Both the position numbers and the translations under genes were made by a program. A DNA stretch of 61,824 nucleotides, counting the filler, from Bipalium vagum (Eukaryota), in assembly GCA_037834085.1 (NCBI GenBank). It is 3 parts of 3 records of this genome, joined end to end, with 100 filler letters (N's around TTAATTAATTAA, not from the genome) between each part and the next. Parts side by side here need not be neighbours in the genome. Positions count along the whole stretch, not along the records: positions 1 to 17,581 come from JBBMKC010060686.1; 2 more parts are not named here. One strand, written 5' to 3'. Of this stretch, positions 1 to 14,329 are shown piece by piece (the stretch's first letter is position 1; the number at the start of each line of letters is the position of its first letter). The notes below the pieces were generated by a model, which had not been told where the DNA came from, ran no database searches, and saw only the letters and a list, made by a program, of their open reading frames with translations.

Positions 1-470
1 TAAAAAGTTAAATAAGTGGATACCGCATTTATTAACTGATTATCAAAAACAAATGAGATATGATATTTGCTTAAAACCAATTCAAAGAAATAAAATGAAT
101 CAATTTTGCGCAGAATAATAACGTATGATAAAAATTGGATCCTTTACGATAACCGTAAACGCCACCTGAGTGGGTAGATCGTGGTTCAGTTCCAAATTGT
201 TCTTCAAAACCAAGTTTGCATCCCAAAAAGATTTTGATATCAGTTTGGTGGTGTCAGACGGGTTTGATTCATTACGAATTCCTAAAAAATTGTGAATCAA
301 TATCATCAGATGTATTTTGCAATCAATTGGAACGTATGCATCAAAAATTAAGTTTTGATTCACCAATTTTCAACAGAAATATTCCAATTTTGCTGCATGA
401 CAATGCGAGGCCACATTCGCAAAACAAACAATGGAAAAGGTAAATGACTTTGGATATGAGATTTCTGATT
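1..470 (+). mobile_element. Decayed mariner (Mos1-like) transposase fragment
   Basis: Frameshifted reading gives WIPHL, KWILYDNRKR, HPKKILISVWW and LLHDNARPH, all mariner transposase motifs. It is truncated at the window start. Confidence 0.85.
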
Positions 471-2435
471 CCAACGATTTTCTTTTAGTCCATTCGCTAT
501 GTAGGCAAAATAAAATGAATTAATATTGAAACTTACCAAATTTCTTCAATAAACATTAAAGGAAAACAAAGTAGTAATAAAAAATAATCACATGGAAGGT
601 TAATCACTTGATACTGTCATTTCTTTATTTTCAGTTTGCTCAATTTACCTCTGAATTTGATTCTATCTTTCCTTCAATTTCAATACAATTTCAATTCCTA
701 ATGCCGACTTGCTATCACCTGTGCTTATGGAGATTCTGGATACTCCATTATATAATAATTATTATTATTCACTTAAATTAATAGGTGGGTCAAAGAGAAA
801 AAGAGAAAAATCACTCAATACAAATCCTATTCAGAATACAAATCTTAGTCTCAATATGACAATCAACTAACTCAATAAAAACTGATGTTATTTGATAATT
901 GTTCTATTTTATTTGACAATTGTTTCCTGATGTATTACTATTTTATGCATGAATTTATAAAAAAGGAAGTCTTACGTAGGTTTAATAAATCCAATTTAAA
1001 TATAAATAAGTTAAAAATAATTTTTAAAATAAATAAAATTTTACTTTGGAAGCATTTGAAACAATCTCAATTGATTTCTGGCGTTTGATGCATAAGGCAG
1101 TATCGATGAAGTTCTGAAATAAAATTAGAGTTAATAATAATGAAAATAAACAATATAGTAAATAAATATCTTGATCGGATCAACAGTGTGAAAACAATAA
1201 ATAACCTTTAAAAATATTTATAGTAAAAGTTAATCTTTATTATAATAATAAAAAATTACAAAATATTTTATGTTAATATTACAAAAATATTATTTTTTTC
1301 AATATTTTTTTATATATTTTATAAGAAAAATATTTCGGCAGCACTTAAATTTTCTATTTTCATATAAAATAACCTAAAACAACATATGTGAAGGGATAAG
1401 TAAAAAAATTGAGCAAATTTTTGATAAAGAACATATTGAAATATCTTTATTTATTTCGGCAATTTTTTAAAACTTAAAAAACAATTATAAATGAACAAGT
1501 TAAAAAAATAAGCAACTTGAGTATGTTAATTTATAATCAATATATAATTACTTTATTTAAACAATAGTACAAGGTGATAAAAAGTATTAACCATAACTTT
1601 AAAAATATTTTTATTTTAACAAAAATGTAAATAAGTATCATAAAATTCTATTTTAGATTTTTATCCGGTACCGAATTACTTTTATATAAAAATAACATAA
1701 TGAAAATAAGTCACTATCACTACTCTGTTCACAAGCTTCATACATAAATTCAACTTAATTTAAATTTACTAGAATTTTTACTGCTTTAAACGTATTTATT
1801 AGGGAATCAATTAGTAGAAATTTTACATTAAAAAGAAAAAACTTTACAGAGAAAGATGAATTAAAAGAAGACATTAAAAACAGTATAAAGAGAAAATAGA
1901 AAATTTAAATTAGTGAAATATATTACATTTTTAAATCTTCAAAAATGAATGCAAATCAAAATTTTAATTGACCTTGACAAAAGATTTGAAATATTTGAAA
2001 CTATTTATTCCATAATTAATAATTAATTCAATAATTTGATTAAATATCTATTAATGTAATCTTTTCATCAAGACATTTTGAGCAAAACATCTTTCAAAAG
2101 ATACAGCAGAAACTTTACAGTTATATAATGTACGAAGACTGTACCAGAATTTGATTTTAATAAAAATAATAGTTTGTTTATTCAAGATAAAATAAAAAGT
2201 TTAAGAGTTTAAATTAATTCATTTATCCTTAAAGCCCATACAATTTGCAAATATGAAAAATTAAGAACATTCAAATTTTATAAATGTATATACTATTTTA
2301 AATATATATAAATAATGTGCCTCGTTTAAGTTTATTAGAATTTTAAAATTTATATTCAATATTTCGTTTTGATTTAAAATATCAACCGGAAAATTTATTC
2401 TTACATACAGCCATAATAACTTTGCATATTTGGAT

Positions 2436-2543
2436 TAGTAGTGTATAAATGGATAAAAAATTCAGTCCATAGATTCTTATTTTTTCACTCGTTCAAAAAC
2501 TCGGTCTAGAGATCTCGAGTTTTTATCCATTTATATACTATTA
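2436..2543. mobile_element. Small inverted-repeat element (MITE/fold-back)
   Basis: The left end TAGTAGTGTATAAATGGATAAAAA matches the reverse complement of the right end (TAATAGTATATAAATGGATAAAAA) with 2 mismatches. Confidence 0.55.
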
Positions 2544-2909
2544 GACAAGTTTGTTGAATAGGAAATTTTTAAAGAAAAAAACAACTATTTTTTACAACTT
2601 TTAAAAGCAACATTAAAGTGGTAATGAATATGTATGTAAAATGAATATGTTATGTACAATCTTTATTTTTAAAAAAATTACTGAATCATATTTTTGTGAA
2701 GTTTGTTATATGTATTTCAAAATATAATAACAGCAAACATTTAAATACAAACATACATTAAAAAAGTACAAATAAAAATACTGATAAAGTAAAAAAGTAG
2801 TAATTAAAATACTATTGAAAAAAGAACTATTGAAAATACTAATGAAAGTACTTATGAAAGTACTAATGAGAAAATAAAAGAAAATATCCAAATTTTTAAA
2901 AAAAAAAGG

Positions 2910-3700
2910 CGATGACATCTAATCATCAATAAGAAATAATAATTTTTTTGGGAAAATATCCAGGAGAATTACATTAAAAATATTTAAACTCTTTTAACAA
3001 AATACATGCGGTAGAAATTTTCTGTGGATCAGGGTCGCATTTTGATAAAAAATTTGAAAACTATAATGAAATAATAGAACATTACAATGAAACTAGCAAA
3101 ATATATATTTTCCCAATTCAAAAACAAGACACATTCCATATAAATACAATTGATCAAGCACTAATGAAAAATGATGTAAAATATTTTTCAAAAGATTTAA
3201 AAGATAGGCGTGATGCTGATGTTGAAATGATACATGAAATGAATAATATTCCAAATCCAACCCAAGAGAAAAATTAGTAAGATGTTTAGTAAAATTAATT
3301 ATTAAAGGAATAACTTTATTTGCTCAAAGTTTTCCAAAATCAGCAAAAAATTTTGCAAATGAAAACATATTTGAAAATACAAAAATACTATCACCTGAAA
3401 ATAAAAAAAATTTACCAAATGAGTTACATAAAGAATTTCGAAAAAACAAAATTTCCTAAAAATAAAAGTTTTTATAAATGCGATTGATGAAATATTTGGA
3501 AAATATCAAAGAATTCCTTAAAAATTACGGGTTGATAAAAAAACAGAATTCTATAATAAAACATTTAAAGAATTTTGTGAACAAAATGAAATTGAAATCT
3601 ATTCAACTGAAATGAGGGGAAAGCTGTGGTGATTGAAAGATTTAATAAAACCTTAAAAATTTAATGTTTAAAAATTTTACAGAACAATGTACTTTTCGAA
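2910..3700 (+). mobile_element. Maverick/Polinton (adintovirus-like) remnant: PLA2X-like pseudo-ORF followed by rve integrase pseudo-ORF
   Basis: Broken frames read YPGELH..FCGSGSHFDKKFE..IDQALMKNDVKYFSKDLKDRRDADVEM (parvoviral-type PLA2-like). They then read ELHKEFRK..LRVDK..EFYNK..NEIEIYSTE..GKAVVIERFNKTLK (Maverick-type integrase). Confidence 0.65.
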
Positions 3701-3994
3701 TCTTCATTATATCTAAAATGTGTTTTATAATATTAAATACAAAAATTAAAATCGAATTAAAATTTGATATTACAAATGAGTGATACCAACCTTGACAGAA
3801 TAATGTAGTTTATTAATTAAAGTTATTATTTATAAAAATCGTCTCGCACTTAGGCTCAGGGGTCCTCAGTAAAGAAAAACAAATATATTTCATCGCCCTA
3901 CTTAGCGTGTGAAATATGAACAAAAAAGAACAAAAGATAACTAAGAAAAAGGGGTCAAAAAATTACTTAATTCTCAGGTCCTGGCCTGAGTATT

Positions 3995-4026
3995 TATTAG
4001 GTTGTCCCATATGGGACAACCTAATA
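3995..4026. repeat. Perfect 32-bp palindrome resembling two fused mariner ends
   Basis: The sequence is TATTAGGTTGTCCCAT|ATGGGACAACCTAATA, with TA on each side of TTAGGTTG...CAACCTAA. Confidence 0.8.
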
Positions 4027-4994
4027 GTTAATGTTAATTTCTACAAACTGTGTCTTGTCTGACAAAACACGCTTAGTTAGTTGGATTAATTGAATAAGAT
4101 GTACAATCCTAAAATTATTATTATAGATCGAAGCCAGTCTTAAAATCTTTTAACTTAAACCGGTTTATATTATATTAAATATATAATAAATATAATCGTA
4201 TTCTATGAAAAGTTATTACTTAGAAAAATTATAAACGTAACTTTAAATGATTATTATGCAAACACAAAATATTAATTTGAAACACTAGAATCAAAACAAA
4301 TACGTGTAAATAAAAACAAATACGTTTTTCAGTGTCAAGTATAATAACTAAAATTACTTTTTTTAAAAATAAAGTATAAACGGCTGGGTCGAATGAAGTT
4401 GAGTCAACTGGAATAGCGGATTATTAATGGATAAATGAGTCGAATGAAATTGAATCGAATAGCGTATTATTGACGAACTATGGAATCGAATGGATAAGTT
4501 GTTGTTTTTGTCCCGTTTTACCATTTTATTGTATTCCTTTTATACTACTTCGATTTGCGGGAGGTCTTGTTGAATTTTATGAATTAATGGGAATTACCAA
4601 CTGTGAAAGACTGCAACTGTGAAGACTGCAGCTGTGAAAGGCTGCTATTATAATTGAATTTTTTTGAATGTTTTTGACCTTTTGCTAAAAAAAAATTTTT
4701 TTGAAGAATTTTTGTGTTGTCCTTATTTATCATTTTTTTTGAATAATAATAACAATAATAATAATAATATCAACATAAACTATATCCTCAAATTAATTTA
4801 TTATTTTATACATAATCTATTTATATTATTATTTAATTATCACTTTATTATTTTTCGGTAAAAATTGGTTTACATAAACTTAAAACAGATATACAATATA
4901 CATATATATATATTTCACATGATTAAAAATTCAAAAAATACTATACACAAATAAAGTTTTTCAGGATGATTAAAAATTCACACATAATTGTTAA

Positions 4995-6421
4995 CACTAA
5001 TATTATAAAGTTTATGATCACAAATAATGAAGTTTTTTAGGATTGGATATCTGGATTGTTTGGAACTGTTTTTGCTGATCCTCCTGATTCTGCTGTTGTT
5101 GGTTGACGTTGACGTAGTCTCCACAGTTCTAAAATGTACAATTTCGGAATCTCGAAGGGATAACAATACATTGGATGATTTAGATAAATTAATTGGTCTT
5201 ATTATTGCTAGAGGAGTAATTAGAAGAAGAAATTTATCGATAGCATATATGTGGGATAAACCTTGGATATGTCTACTATTTAACAAAACTATGAAAAGTG
5301 ATAAATTTTCAGATATAATGAAAAACCTACGATTTGATCTCAAAAGTGAAAGGAGAAAAAATTTGGAAACAGATAAGTTTTGTCTAGTTTCTAACCTATG
5401 GAATTCATTTACAGAAAACTCTCAAAAAGATTATATTCCTCATGAGAATATTATAATCGATGAGCAGTTATTACCTTGTAAGGTTAGGTGTAAATTTATC
5501 CAGTATATGTCAAACAAGCCTGATAAATTTGGATTAAAAATTTGGCTTGCTGCTGATGCTGAAAGTAAATATTTATGCAATGGCTTTCTATACCTAGGCA
5601 AAGATCAAACAAGATCACCAATTGATTCTTCACCCACTGATGTTGTACTAAAATTAACGAGTCCCTTTACCAACCGAGGATATAACGTCATGACAATAAC
5701 TTTATCTCATGAATCTTGCTGAAAAGTTACTGCTGAAAAAAACTAGCATTGTTGGTACAATTTGTTTAAATAGAAGAGAATTCCCTGAATTAATAAAGGT
5801 AAAAAGACCTCCTCATGATACATTAATAATGGAAACATCGAATCATATAACTTTAACGTCATATCAGTGCAAAACAACAAAACCTGTTGCCCTCTTTGAG
5901 CACCGCACATCCTGATGTCATTATTCCAAGGGTATCTAATCCTAAGAAAAACCCAAAACTGTTTTATTTTATAACAAGAACAAATTTAGAGTTGATGTCA
6001 TTGATCAAATGTCAAGGACATATTCCACGAGAGCTAGTATTAGAAGATGGCCAATGCATGTTTTTTTATAATGTTTTCGACTTCTTCGTGATAAATGCTA
6101 GGGTAGCTTTTAAAAGCGTGTGCAGAAGTACAATTTCTCGACAACAGTTTACCCATAAAGTTTGTGAAGACCACACCGGACATTCTCCATTAGGTAAAAA
6201 CCCAAATGACAATAATGACGATGACTCCTGTCCATCTGAAACATGTGGTACAACTAAATGCAGAAATAAAACAGATCGCTGTCAGATGTGCAATAAAGCG
6301 ATTTGTGGAAAATTTTCAATTAAAAAATGCAAAGGATGTGTTTTGAAATAAAAGTTAATGTAAAACGTCAATTGACGCACTTCGTGTTTGTAGTTAGTTC
6401 ATTTTCCTCGGGTTTTTAGTG
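4995..6421 (+). mobile_element. piggyBac (PGBD4-like) transposase, frameshifted
   Basis: Overlapping ORFs 5027-5722, 5709-5915 and 5887-6351 carry IDEQLLPCKVRCKFIQYMSNKPDKFGLKIW, SIVGTICLNRRE, FFYNVFD and a C-terminal Cys-rich CxxC domain. The right end is ..TAGTG|TTAA. The left end TTAA|CACTA at 4991 is tentative. Confidence 0.88.
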
Positions 6422-7625
6422 TTAAAAGATAAAATTTTTTTAGGAAAAATAAATTTTGTTTTATTACAAAAACAATTTATAGAAATAAAATTAAAAGGAA
6501 GAAAAATATTCAAGGTCGAGACAAAGTCTCTAAGCTGAAGCTGTCATTGAAAGTTAAAAGAATTTAAGTAAAATATTTTTATATTTTTAATTTTTATTGA
6601 TTTTTATTGTGATAAAATGACATTTTTATTTTTAAAAAAAATCGAAAATACAAAATACTTGTTCGCTTTATTTATTTTTCTCTATTTTATAATAATAATA
6701 ATAATATTATTATCCTCTTGTCAATTCCTGTGAATACGAAAAAAATCAAAGTAGTATTTTTTTAAAATGCCTAATTACTTCTCGGTAATTAAAAAATTAA
6801 AAAAAATTTATAATCAATATTTTATTTTGATTTAACAAATGAAAATTTTCCGAATAAAACTTTTTATCAAATTATTTCAATAAAATATTATTCAACACAA
6901 GTATAAAAATGTTCCTAATATTTCCTAATAAAGCTGACGCCCTTTTGTTTGTATTCTTTGTTTTTTATTTACTCCTAAATGTTCCCAATTTAAATTAATA
7001 TTTTCAGCTCTTTCGATAGTTTTTTTAAAATTATGTTCGTATCTAGTCTACTTATCATAATAAATATTATTTATTTATATATTTTTTTAATAATTTATTT
7101 AATAATTTAGTAATAAAAATATTTAGTATGAAAATCTTTCAGATAATTTTTTATTATTTATATTTAACTATAATAAATAAAAATAAGACTATATAAATTA
7201 TGATTGTCTCCACGATCCTTTGAAGGGTTTTAATTTTTCAGCTTTCCTTCCATATTCTTTTAATCATTTTGGGGAACTGTAAATCCAATTTAATTAATAT
7301 TTTTAAAAATATTAATCAAAATATTTATTATGAATGAAATGACATTATTACGTTTATCCTACATATTTAATATTTTTATTAATTAATTTTTTAAAATTAT
7401 TATTTATTTTTTGAAGACTGCTCTCATAGCAACAAACAAGAATGAACAAAAAGATAGTTTTATATTTTATCACAAATTTATTGAAAAACGAAACTGAAAA
7501 AGATCTAATAATGATTATAAGTGAACGTCCATCGTTGCATTGTGATACGTATATTTTCATCAATTGAACATCTGATTAACCAAATTTATAATCTGAATGA
7601 AAGTGTTTTTTAACAAAAATATTAA

Positions 7626-7627
<2 letters not shown>

Positions 7628-7685
<58 letters not shown>
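7628..7685. repeat. (AAT)n microsatellite
   Basis: Direct inspection. Confidence 0.95.
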
Positions 7686-7688
<3 letters not shown>

Positions 7689-8039
7689 TTATTATTAAAA
7701 TATTAAAAAACCAAATGTAGATTCTTTTAAAATTTTCTAAATAATAATCAACAAAAAAAATGATAATAAATAATAAGGGAATTTAAACCGTGACAAGAAA
7801 GTTTTGATACAAACAAAAATTTATATTTTTACTAATAATAAAATTTCCGTAAATAGTTATTTATATCTTAAAAATATATAAGATGTACAAATAAATAATC
7901 CAAATTTTTAATTATTTTGTATAACTAATACAGTTGTTTTAATATTTCAATCTTGAATAATATTTAAATCAATTATAATTGATGCTATATTAATAATTAT
8001 TGATTTATTAATAATTATTAATATGGCATCACGTTTTCA

Positions 8040-8812
8040 AGAAGATCAATCAGAAATGTCCAAAAATCGAAAAGGAAATGGATCCCCCATGAACTCACTC
8101 ATTACAATAAAAATCAAAGAATGAAAATATGTCTTTCTCTTCTTAATATCCAGTGTGAAAGCCGTTCTTATGGAAAAGCAACGGCAGATGAGAAATAGAT
8201 TCAATATAAAAACCCGAAACGTAAAACTTCATGAGTGTATCCGGAAGAACTGTCAACATCGGTTGCAAAGTCAAATCATTTCGGAAAAAAAATAATGCTC
8301 TCCTTTTTGTGATTAAGGAAGTCGCTGAAACAGTTACTGCCGACCGCTGCAAAGACCAATTAATTTGGTTTAGTCAGCATTTGGAGTTAAAATGGCCTTT
8401 TAGGGGGAAAGGGAAACTATCTCAGATATTGCGCATGATAACACTAGACCATATATAGGTCCAAAGACAAAGGACACCAAAATGAAGCTTGGGTAGGAAA
8501 TTCTTGGAGCATCCAGTATATTTACCAGACATTAGTCCAACTGATTATCATCTGTTTTGATCATTACAGCATGCCTTGTGTGATACAAACTTTTAACCAG
8601 TGGATGCCATACAAAAATGGCTTGAGGAATTTTTGTCTTCCAAAGAGTCAGTATTTTTTCATGATTTAATTCATCAACTGTCTGCAAGATGGCTTAAAGT
8701 TTCCCATAACGGTAGCGATTTTGTAATTTGAGTGATAAATTTGTATCACTTTTAATTAAATAAATTTTGAAGGTAGTTATAAATTTTGGATTATTTATTT
8801 GTACACCTAATA
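8040..8812 (+). mobile_element. Decayed mariner element with 3' TIR
   Basis: It reads KWIPHEL and HPVYLPDISPTDYHLF-SLQHAL (a YSPDLAPSDYHLF variant). It ends ..TTATTTGTACACCTAATA, a mariner-type terminus. Confidence 0.8.
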
Positions 8813-8829
8813 CATAAATATTGATATAT

Positions 8830-9770
8830 TTTACAATAGATGTTTTGGAATAACTCCTTTTAAATCAACTACCAGTTTCAATATTCTTTCGAAATCTTTG
8901 CAAATGACGCGTACTGTCTCTCCATTGATCATTTGTCCCAAACTCTGATAATAGACTGCTTAAATTACCTGAAATTTGAGCATTTATGATTTGTGAAATT
9001 GGGCAACATGTATGACCATATGGAAAAGTCCACCTGACGTGAATGCGGTGAGGTTGAAAGCCATTTATCCTTGGACAATGGTCTACTATATTTTCTTGAC
9101 ACCAAGCTTGAGCAAAGTTTGCTGTGCAAAAAAAAGCTCCATCCTGTTGAAAGCAGTAACAATCATCTTTTTAGCCATATATTTCTTTAAAATTTCTAAT
9201 TTTGCATTCATTTTCGCTTCTTTTTTTGTTGAAAATAAGGGGAAATGTAACTCTAGGATTGATAGATATCCAAACCATTATTTTGGGAGTTGTAAGATTG
9301 CTCCACGATGAATAACCTTTCATCAGAAAAAATATTTCATCTTCAGCGTGCCGAGCCAAAATATTTTTATATCTTCAAAGGCGTTTTTGTTTTGAGATTA
9401 CAAAAACTTTTCGCCTTCAGATCATTTTTGAATATTTCTCTGAAAATGTTGAGATTAATTTTAAGATCTCTTGGTGTTTTCCTGGCAGATACAACCAAAT
9501 TTTGTCGGACTCATGTTCAAATGACTTTAATGACTCTTGAAGTTGTTGCGGTTCGTGAAGATTTCTTTTGATGGTCTTTGGTTGTACTTATTTCCATGAA
9601 GCAATTGATTGTTCTATACATCACAGCCCTGATCACACCATCGATCTTCAGCGATCTAAAGATGTTGACCCACAACATTCCATTTTGATTTTTTAAAATA
9701 TAATTTCATGATACTGTTTCATGTTGAAAATTTTATTCAGAAATAAAATAATTCCAGAAAAAAATGATAT
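8830..9770 (-). mobile_element. Decayed Tc1/mariner (maT/DD37D-like) transposase
   Basis: The minus strand reads PKIMVWISI, FQQDGA and WLSTSPHSRQVDFSIWSYM (a WPPSSPDLNPLDFSIW variant). Confidence 0.7.
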
Positions 9771-11399
9771 AATGATGATAATTGACTAGATAAAGATTTT
9801 TTATTCGATTTTTTTATAATGAATAGTTTGGAAAAATAACGGTAAATTGATAATTTAGAGTTCTATCATAATTGAAAAATTATGTTTAAGGAGTACTGAA
9901 AAAAATAATCTGTGATTTCAAATAAATATACAATTTTTTTGAATTTTGGCTATGAAAAAATTGCCAAAATGGAAATCATGAATTTAGAGCGCTTTTGAAA
10001 AATTATTTTCCTAGAAGTTAAAATTCAACAATTGAATTTGAATACCTGCATTGCAATGTCAAACATTTCAAAAGACTGATATTTCAATACAAGAAATTCA
10101 TTGTTTTGCACCAATATCGATTCTAAATTTAGTAACAATATATCAGACATTTATCTGCAAGAGAGCGTTCCACTGATTTGAATGTAAATGAATAAATATG
10201 TCTAATAAATATGAAAGTCTAACAGTATTATTCATCGAAAGATGTAGTTGAGATTATAATGCAGAAACAGATATTTCAGATCAATCTTGGTCATTTTTAA
10301 TTTTTTTTCTTCCTGTTCCATTGGTTCTAAACCTTAAAATTTTCCATATCCCAAAAGATACAGAGAATGTCTTGGTTATGTCGGTCTGAGAACAAATCTT
10401 CAGTATAGAAGGGAGTATTTCTTACTTGAAATTAACCTAGCTCAATTTTTATTTATTATATTAAACGAAAAATAATGCCTTCCACTCATAATCAATTATT
10501 TTGTAATAAAATATTTCTCCATTCTTTTTTATAGGTACCGAAGATGTAAAATTGTTTTGAAAATAGCCGAAGAAAAAGACTCACTATTTCATAGAATATC
10601 AAAGAGTCGTCGATTTTTCTCTCTGGATCTCATCAGAGAGCGAGAGAGAGAGAGCTCGTAAAATATTATACATGTAAGGCAATAAATAACCATCACGAAA
10701 GTCTGGGAAATAATTGAATAAAAATCTATCACCGTAAAAATTGTGGAGAAAGAAATATGTAATTAAAAATTATTCCTCAATAAATTCCGATTGCCATTGT
10801 CAGTATCCCTGTTCGACGCACGTCCACTGGCTTGAATTTATGCAGATTTAATTATCAGCCGTCAGTGATCGGCAGTTCAGTCAATGAGGGAAATAAATAA
10901 ATGATTTTGGGTCCCCTCTTCTTCGATGTAATTTCAAAGCTCAAATTCAATTATCCACAACGCTAAATCAGAACAACGCTACAATACAATGGAAATAAAT
11001 TCCTCTAAAACTAATCCTCTGAGGCGAAATTAGATAATTCCAGAATTTCTTTTTTATTTGGGCCATCGAAGGAAATTTGAGTTAGAATGATTGAAAGTTG
11101 ACTTGGGCAAAGTTTGAGGGAAAATATCTCGAAGGATTTTCCGGGAGCTCGGGATTATGTTGAAGTCACTGTGGAGAAGGAACAGCCCATCAGTCAGACT
11201 TAACGGTTTTGTTGATTTGAAGGTTTTCATTTTTTGATAATTAATTACTTTGGAAAGTTTTTTCAAAAAAGATATTTCTGAGACAATTTCCCTTCTGATT
11301 GTGCCTCTTAAAAATGAAAATGTCCGATACTTTTGCTATTATTTTTATTTTTGATTTTTTTTATTATTTAATAACATTTATAATATTATTTTTTTGTAG

Positions 11400-11920
11400 T
11401 AGGCTTCGGCACGGCTTGTTTAGTGTAATCTTGTTTCAATCACCATCCTTTGAGAAGAATGTTTTCGTACAGGATCAATTTCATTTATTTTTAATAGCGA
11501 TTCACAAACGGAAATTCTATCGATTAAATTATTTGTCGATAAATTATGTGGTACTCAAACATCAAGCTGCTTTTGATATCCTGCTTTCTTTAAATAACTT
11601 AAAACTGTTTACTGACAAACATGTAATTCTTTTGCAATAGTATGACTTGTTACTTGTCGGTCTTCTTCAACCGAGATTTATGATTATTTCCTGAAGATTT
11701 TCTGTGACTCGTCGATCAACATCTGCTTATCCAAATTTCCAGGACGAACGAAATTGATTGAATCATTTTATCGATGTTACTTTTGATAAATTAGCATTAC
11801 CATATGTTGCACAATATTTTTGACGTGCTTCCGAAGCATTTGGATCTTTGCGGAAAAAAATTGCAATATAGTCTTGATTTTTTCGGTTGTTTAACGCTGT
11901 TAAAATGGATGAGTCATTTT
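11400..11920 (-). mobile_element. Mariner transposase N-terminal fragment
   Basis: The minus strand reads ILQFFFRKDPNASEARQKYCATYG, VEEDRQVTSHTIAKELHV and VPHNLSTNNLIDRISVCESLLKINEIDP, with stops and frameshifts. Confidence 0.75.
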
Positions 11921-14329
11921 ATATAAATTTAAGACATCATAATAAATTCATTTCCCTTTTATTTAAGGTTAATTTCAACTTGATGTTAATTATAATATGT
12001 GAGATATACGATCCTAAACCCACAGAGTTTGAAAAAGGCTCAATGGCTTTTAGACTACATAATAATATAAAATAAAATATAAAGTAATAAGCAATATATC
12101 ATTTATATATTAACAATCCAATCTAATTATGAGCCCCTAATCGACAATACTTCGAAATAAATCTTATTATTAACATACAAACATTTTTCCAATAATGGAG
12201 TAAAGGATACGAACAATATGGTTTTTAACAACTTTCGTATTATTTTGTAATACTAAGAAAAAAGATATTAAATCAATATATTTTATTTCTATCACATATT
12301 ACTTGTTATCGTGTCTTTTCAAAATAACAGTGAATAAGTTTAATTTATTATTAGGCTATTTAAACAATTTACCTTTAAATATTACAATTTCAAAAAGTCA
12401 CCACGAATTTTTGGACACTAATATATAAACAATGCGGAAAACATTATTATTTAATCTGAAAATTTTTCAACAGAAACGTAATAAAATAATAGTAATAAAC
12501 TGAACAAGAAAAAATTTCCCCACAATATCAATAACATCACCTCAAGTCTTAGGACTGCTTTCGTCCAAAGCAACCCCTACATTTTATATTTTCCTCTTTC
12601 AAATTGACAAGTCGCGAAAACTAATTTTAATTGTTTTTAATTATTTTTGACGAAATTCCGAGAAGGATATTGACCAGATTTCTTTTTGAGAGAGGCGTAT
12701 GTCTTCCACGCCCCACCATCTCCTAATCATCGAAAGCTGGGATCTCTCCAAAAATTAAAAATTATCAAGCCGGGCTCGTTGAAAATTATTCCCCATTGCC
12801 GTAACGGAGCTTTGGACGAATTTCAATAATTTTAAATCAATTAATTCCCTTCTATCATTTGTATAATTTGAATAAGCTTTCGTAAAACAAATGACGATAA
12901 TTTATGGGGCATTGTGTGGGCTTAATGGAAAATCTAGAAAATAATTCCTCAGAGTTTTCCTAAGCGACTTTGTTGAAATTGAAGAAGAACGTTCTCCAAA
13001 CAGGGGCAGATCCAAATCCAATCGATACTCTCTCAATTCGGTTAGGATAACAATTTTAAGCCGGGATAAAGTTATGTTAAAATTAGATTTGTCTTGTTAA
13101 TATTTTTCTTTCAACTCTATCTTTGTATTTTTATTATTTATTTATTACTTAACCGACAAAAAATAATTTATATTTATATTTAAATAATTCTTTGTTACAT
13201 TATTTTAATAATAATAATTAATAAATAAATAATAATATATAAAGGTAATATAAGTAAAATAAAATATTGTTAAATTATTTCTTCTCAGCGGAAACAATTA
13301 AAATTAATAATAATAATTATTATATTTATCTGTCTTGTATATATTTAATATATTAATATATTTAAACATTTTTTCATATTTGCTCTCAACAAACCTTTTC
13401 AATTTATTATACGGTAAAAGATGCTTTGTCTACTCTTGCTCTGATTAGAAGTTGGTAATGAAATATTGAATGTGATAGGCTACTTTTTACTTTTTCTCAA
13501 ACTTAAATGATGTGTGGCAATCTTGATTAGAGCTGAGAATTACTGTCAGTTTTCATTAGGCGTCAGTTATTCTTTGATTTCATGATTATGGCTACAGGAA
13601 AGAGCTATCGACTCTGAGAGAGCTCTGATTGGTCATCATAGTCCATAAAATAGTATCTCAGAATTAAGTAGGTCAAAAGAGAAAAAAAAATGAATTTTTC
13701 ATTGAATTTTGCAATTCAAGTGCACAAAAAGATTTTATTGATATCGAAAAAAAACAATCGGAAGAAAAAAAACAGCAAATTCTATAATTTGCTTGACTAA
13801 TGTGCGGGTTCGAAAGAGATAGGTCGACAACGAGCGGCAAGATAAGGGATTGTTACAGATCCAGAAACTTAACCAAGATTTATATCTGATGTGACTTTCA
13901 TTTATCTTTCCTTTAATATATTGATTATTAATATTTTTTAAGTGCTTAATAATAATAAAAATGATATTATTATTCAATTACTTTGACATTAATAACTTCC
14001 TGTATTGCCATTATTAACAAACTTCATGATGTTTCACAATCATGGGAACAGAAGTTCAGAGCTGGAATTCTTATGAAAGTAATCAAGAAAGGCAAGATAG
14101 GTGAAGAGTATACATTATACTTCAGATATCGAGAATATATACATAGGATGAAGTAGATATGAAAGACGAGCATAAGAAAGTTTTTGTGTTTCTAAAAGAT
14201 TGATTTCAGAACAAATCAAAAAGTATGTAAAGAAAGCTGTTATTTTGCATAAAAGTTTTACAAAATTGAAAATTTTCGGAATAAAGTTTGAAGCAGAAAC
14301 AAGGAAGTACCTCGAACGAGAATGGAGGT

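Noticed and set aside
4380-4650. Short spaced repeats (GTCGAATG.., CAACTGTGAAAGACTG x3) as a CRISPR-like array
   Set aside because: The units are irregular, there are no unique spacers of constant length, and the context is eukaryotic. They are more likely transposon subterminal or minisatellite repeats.
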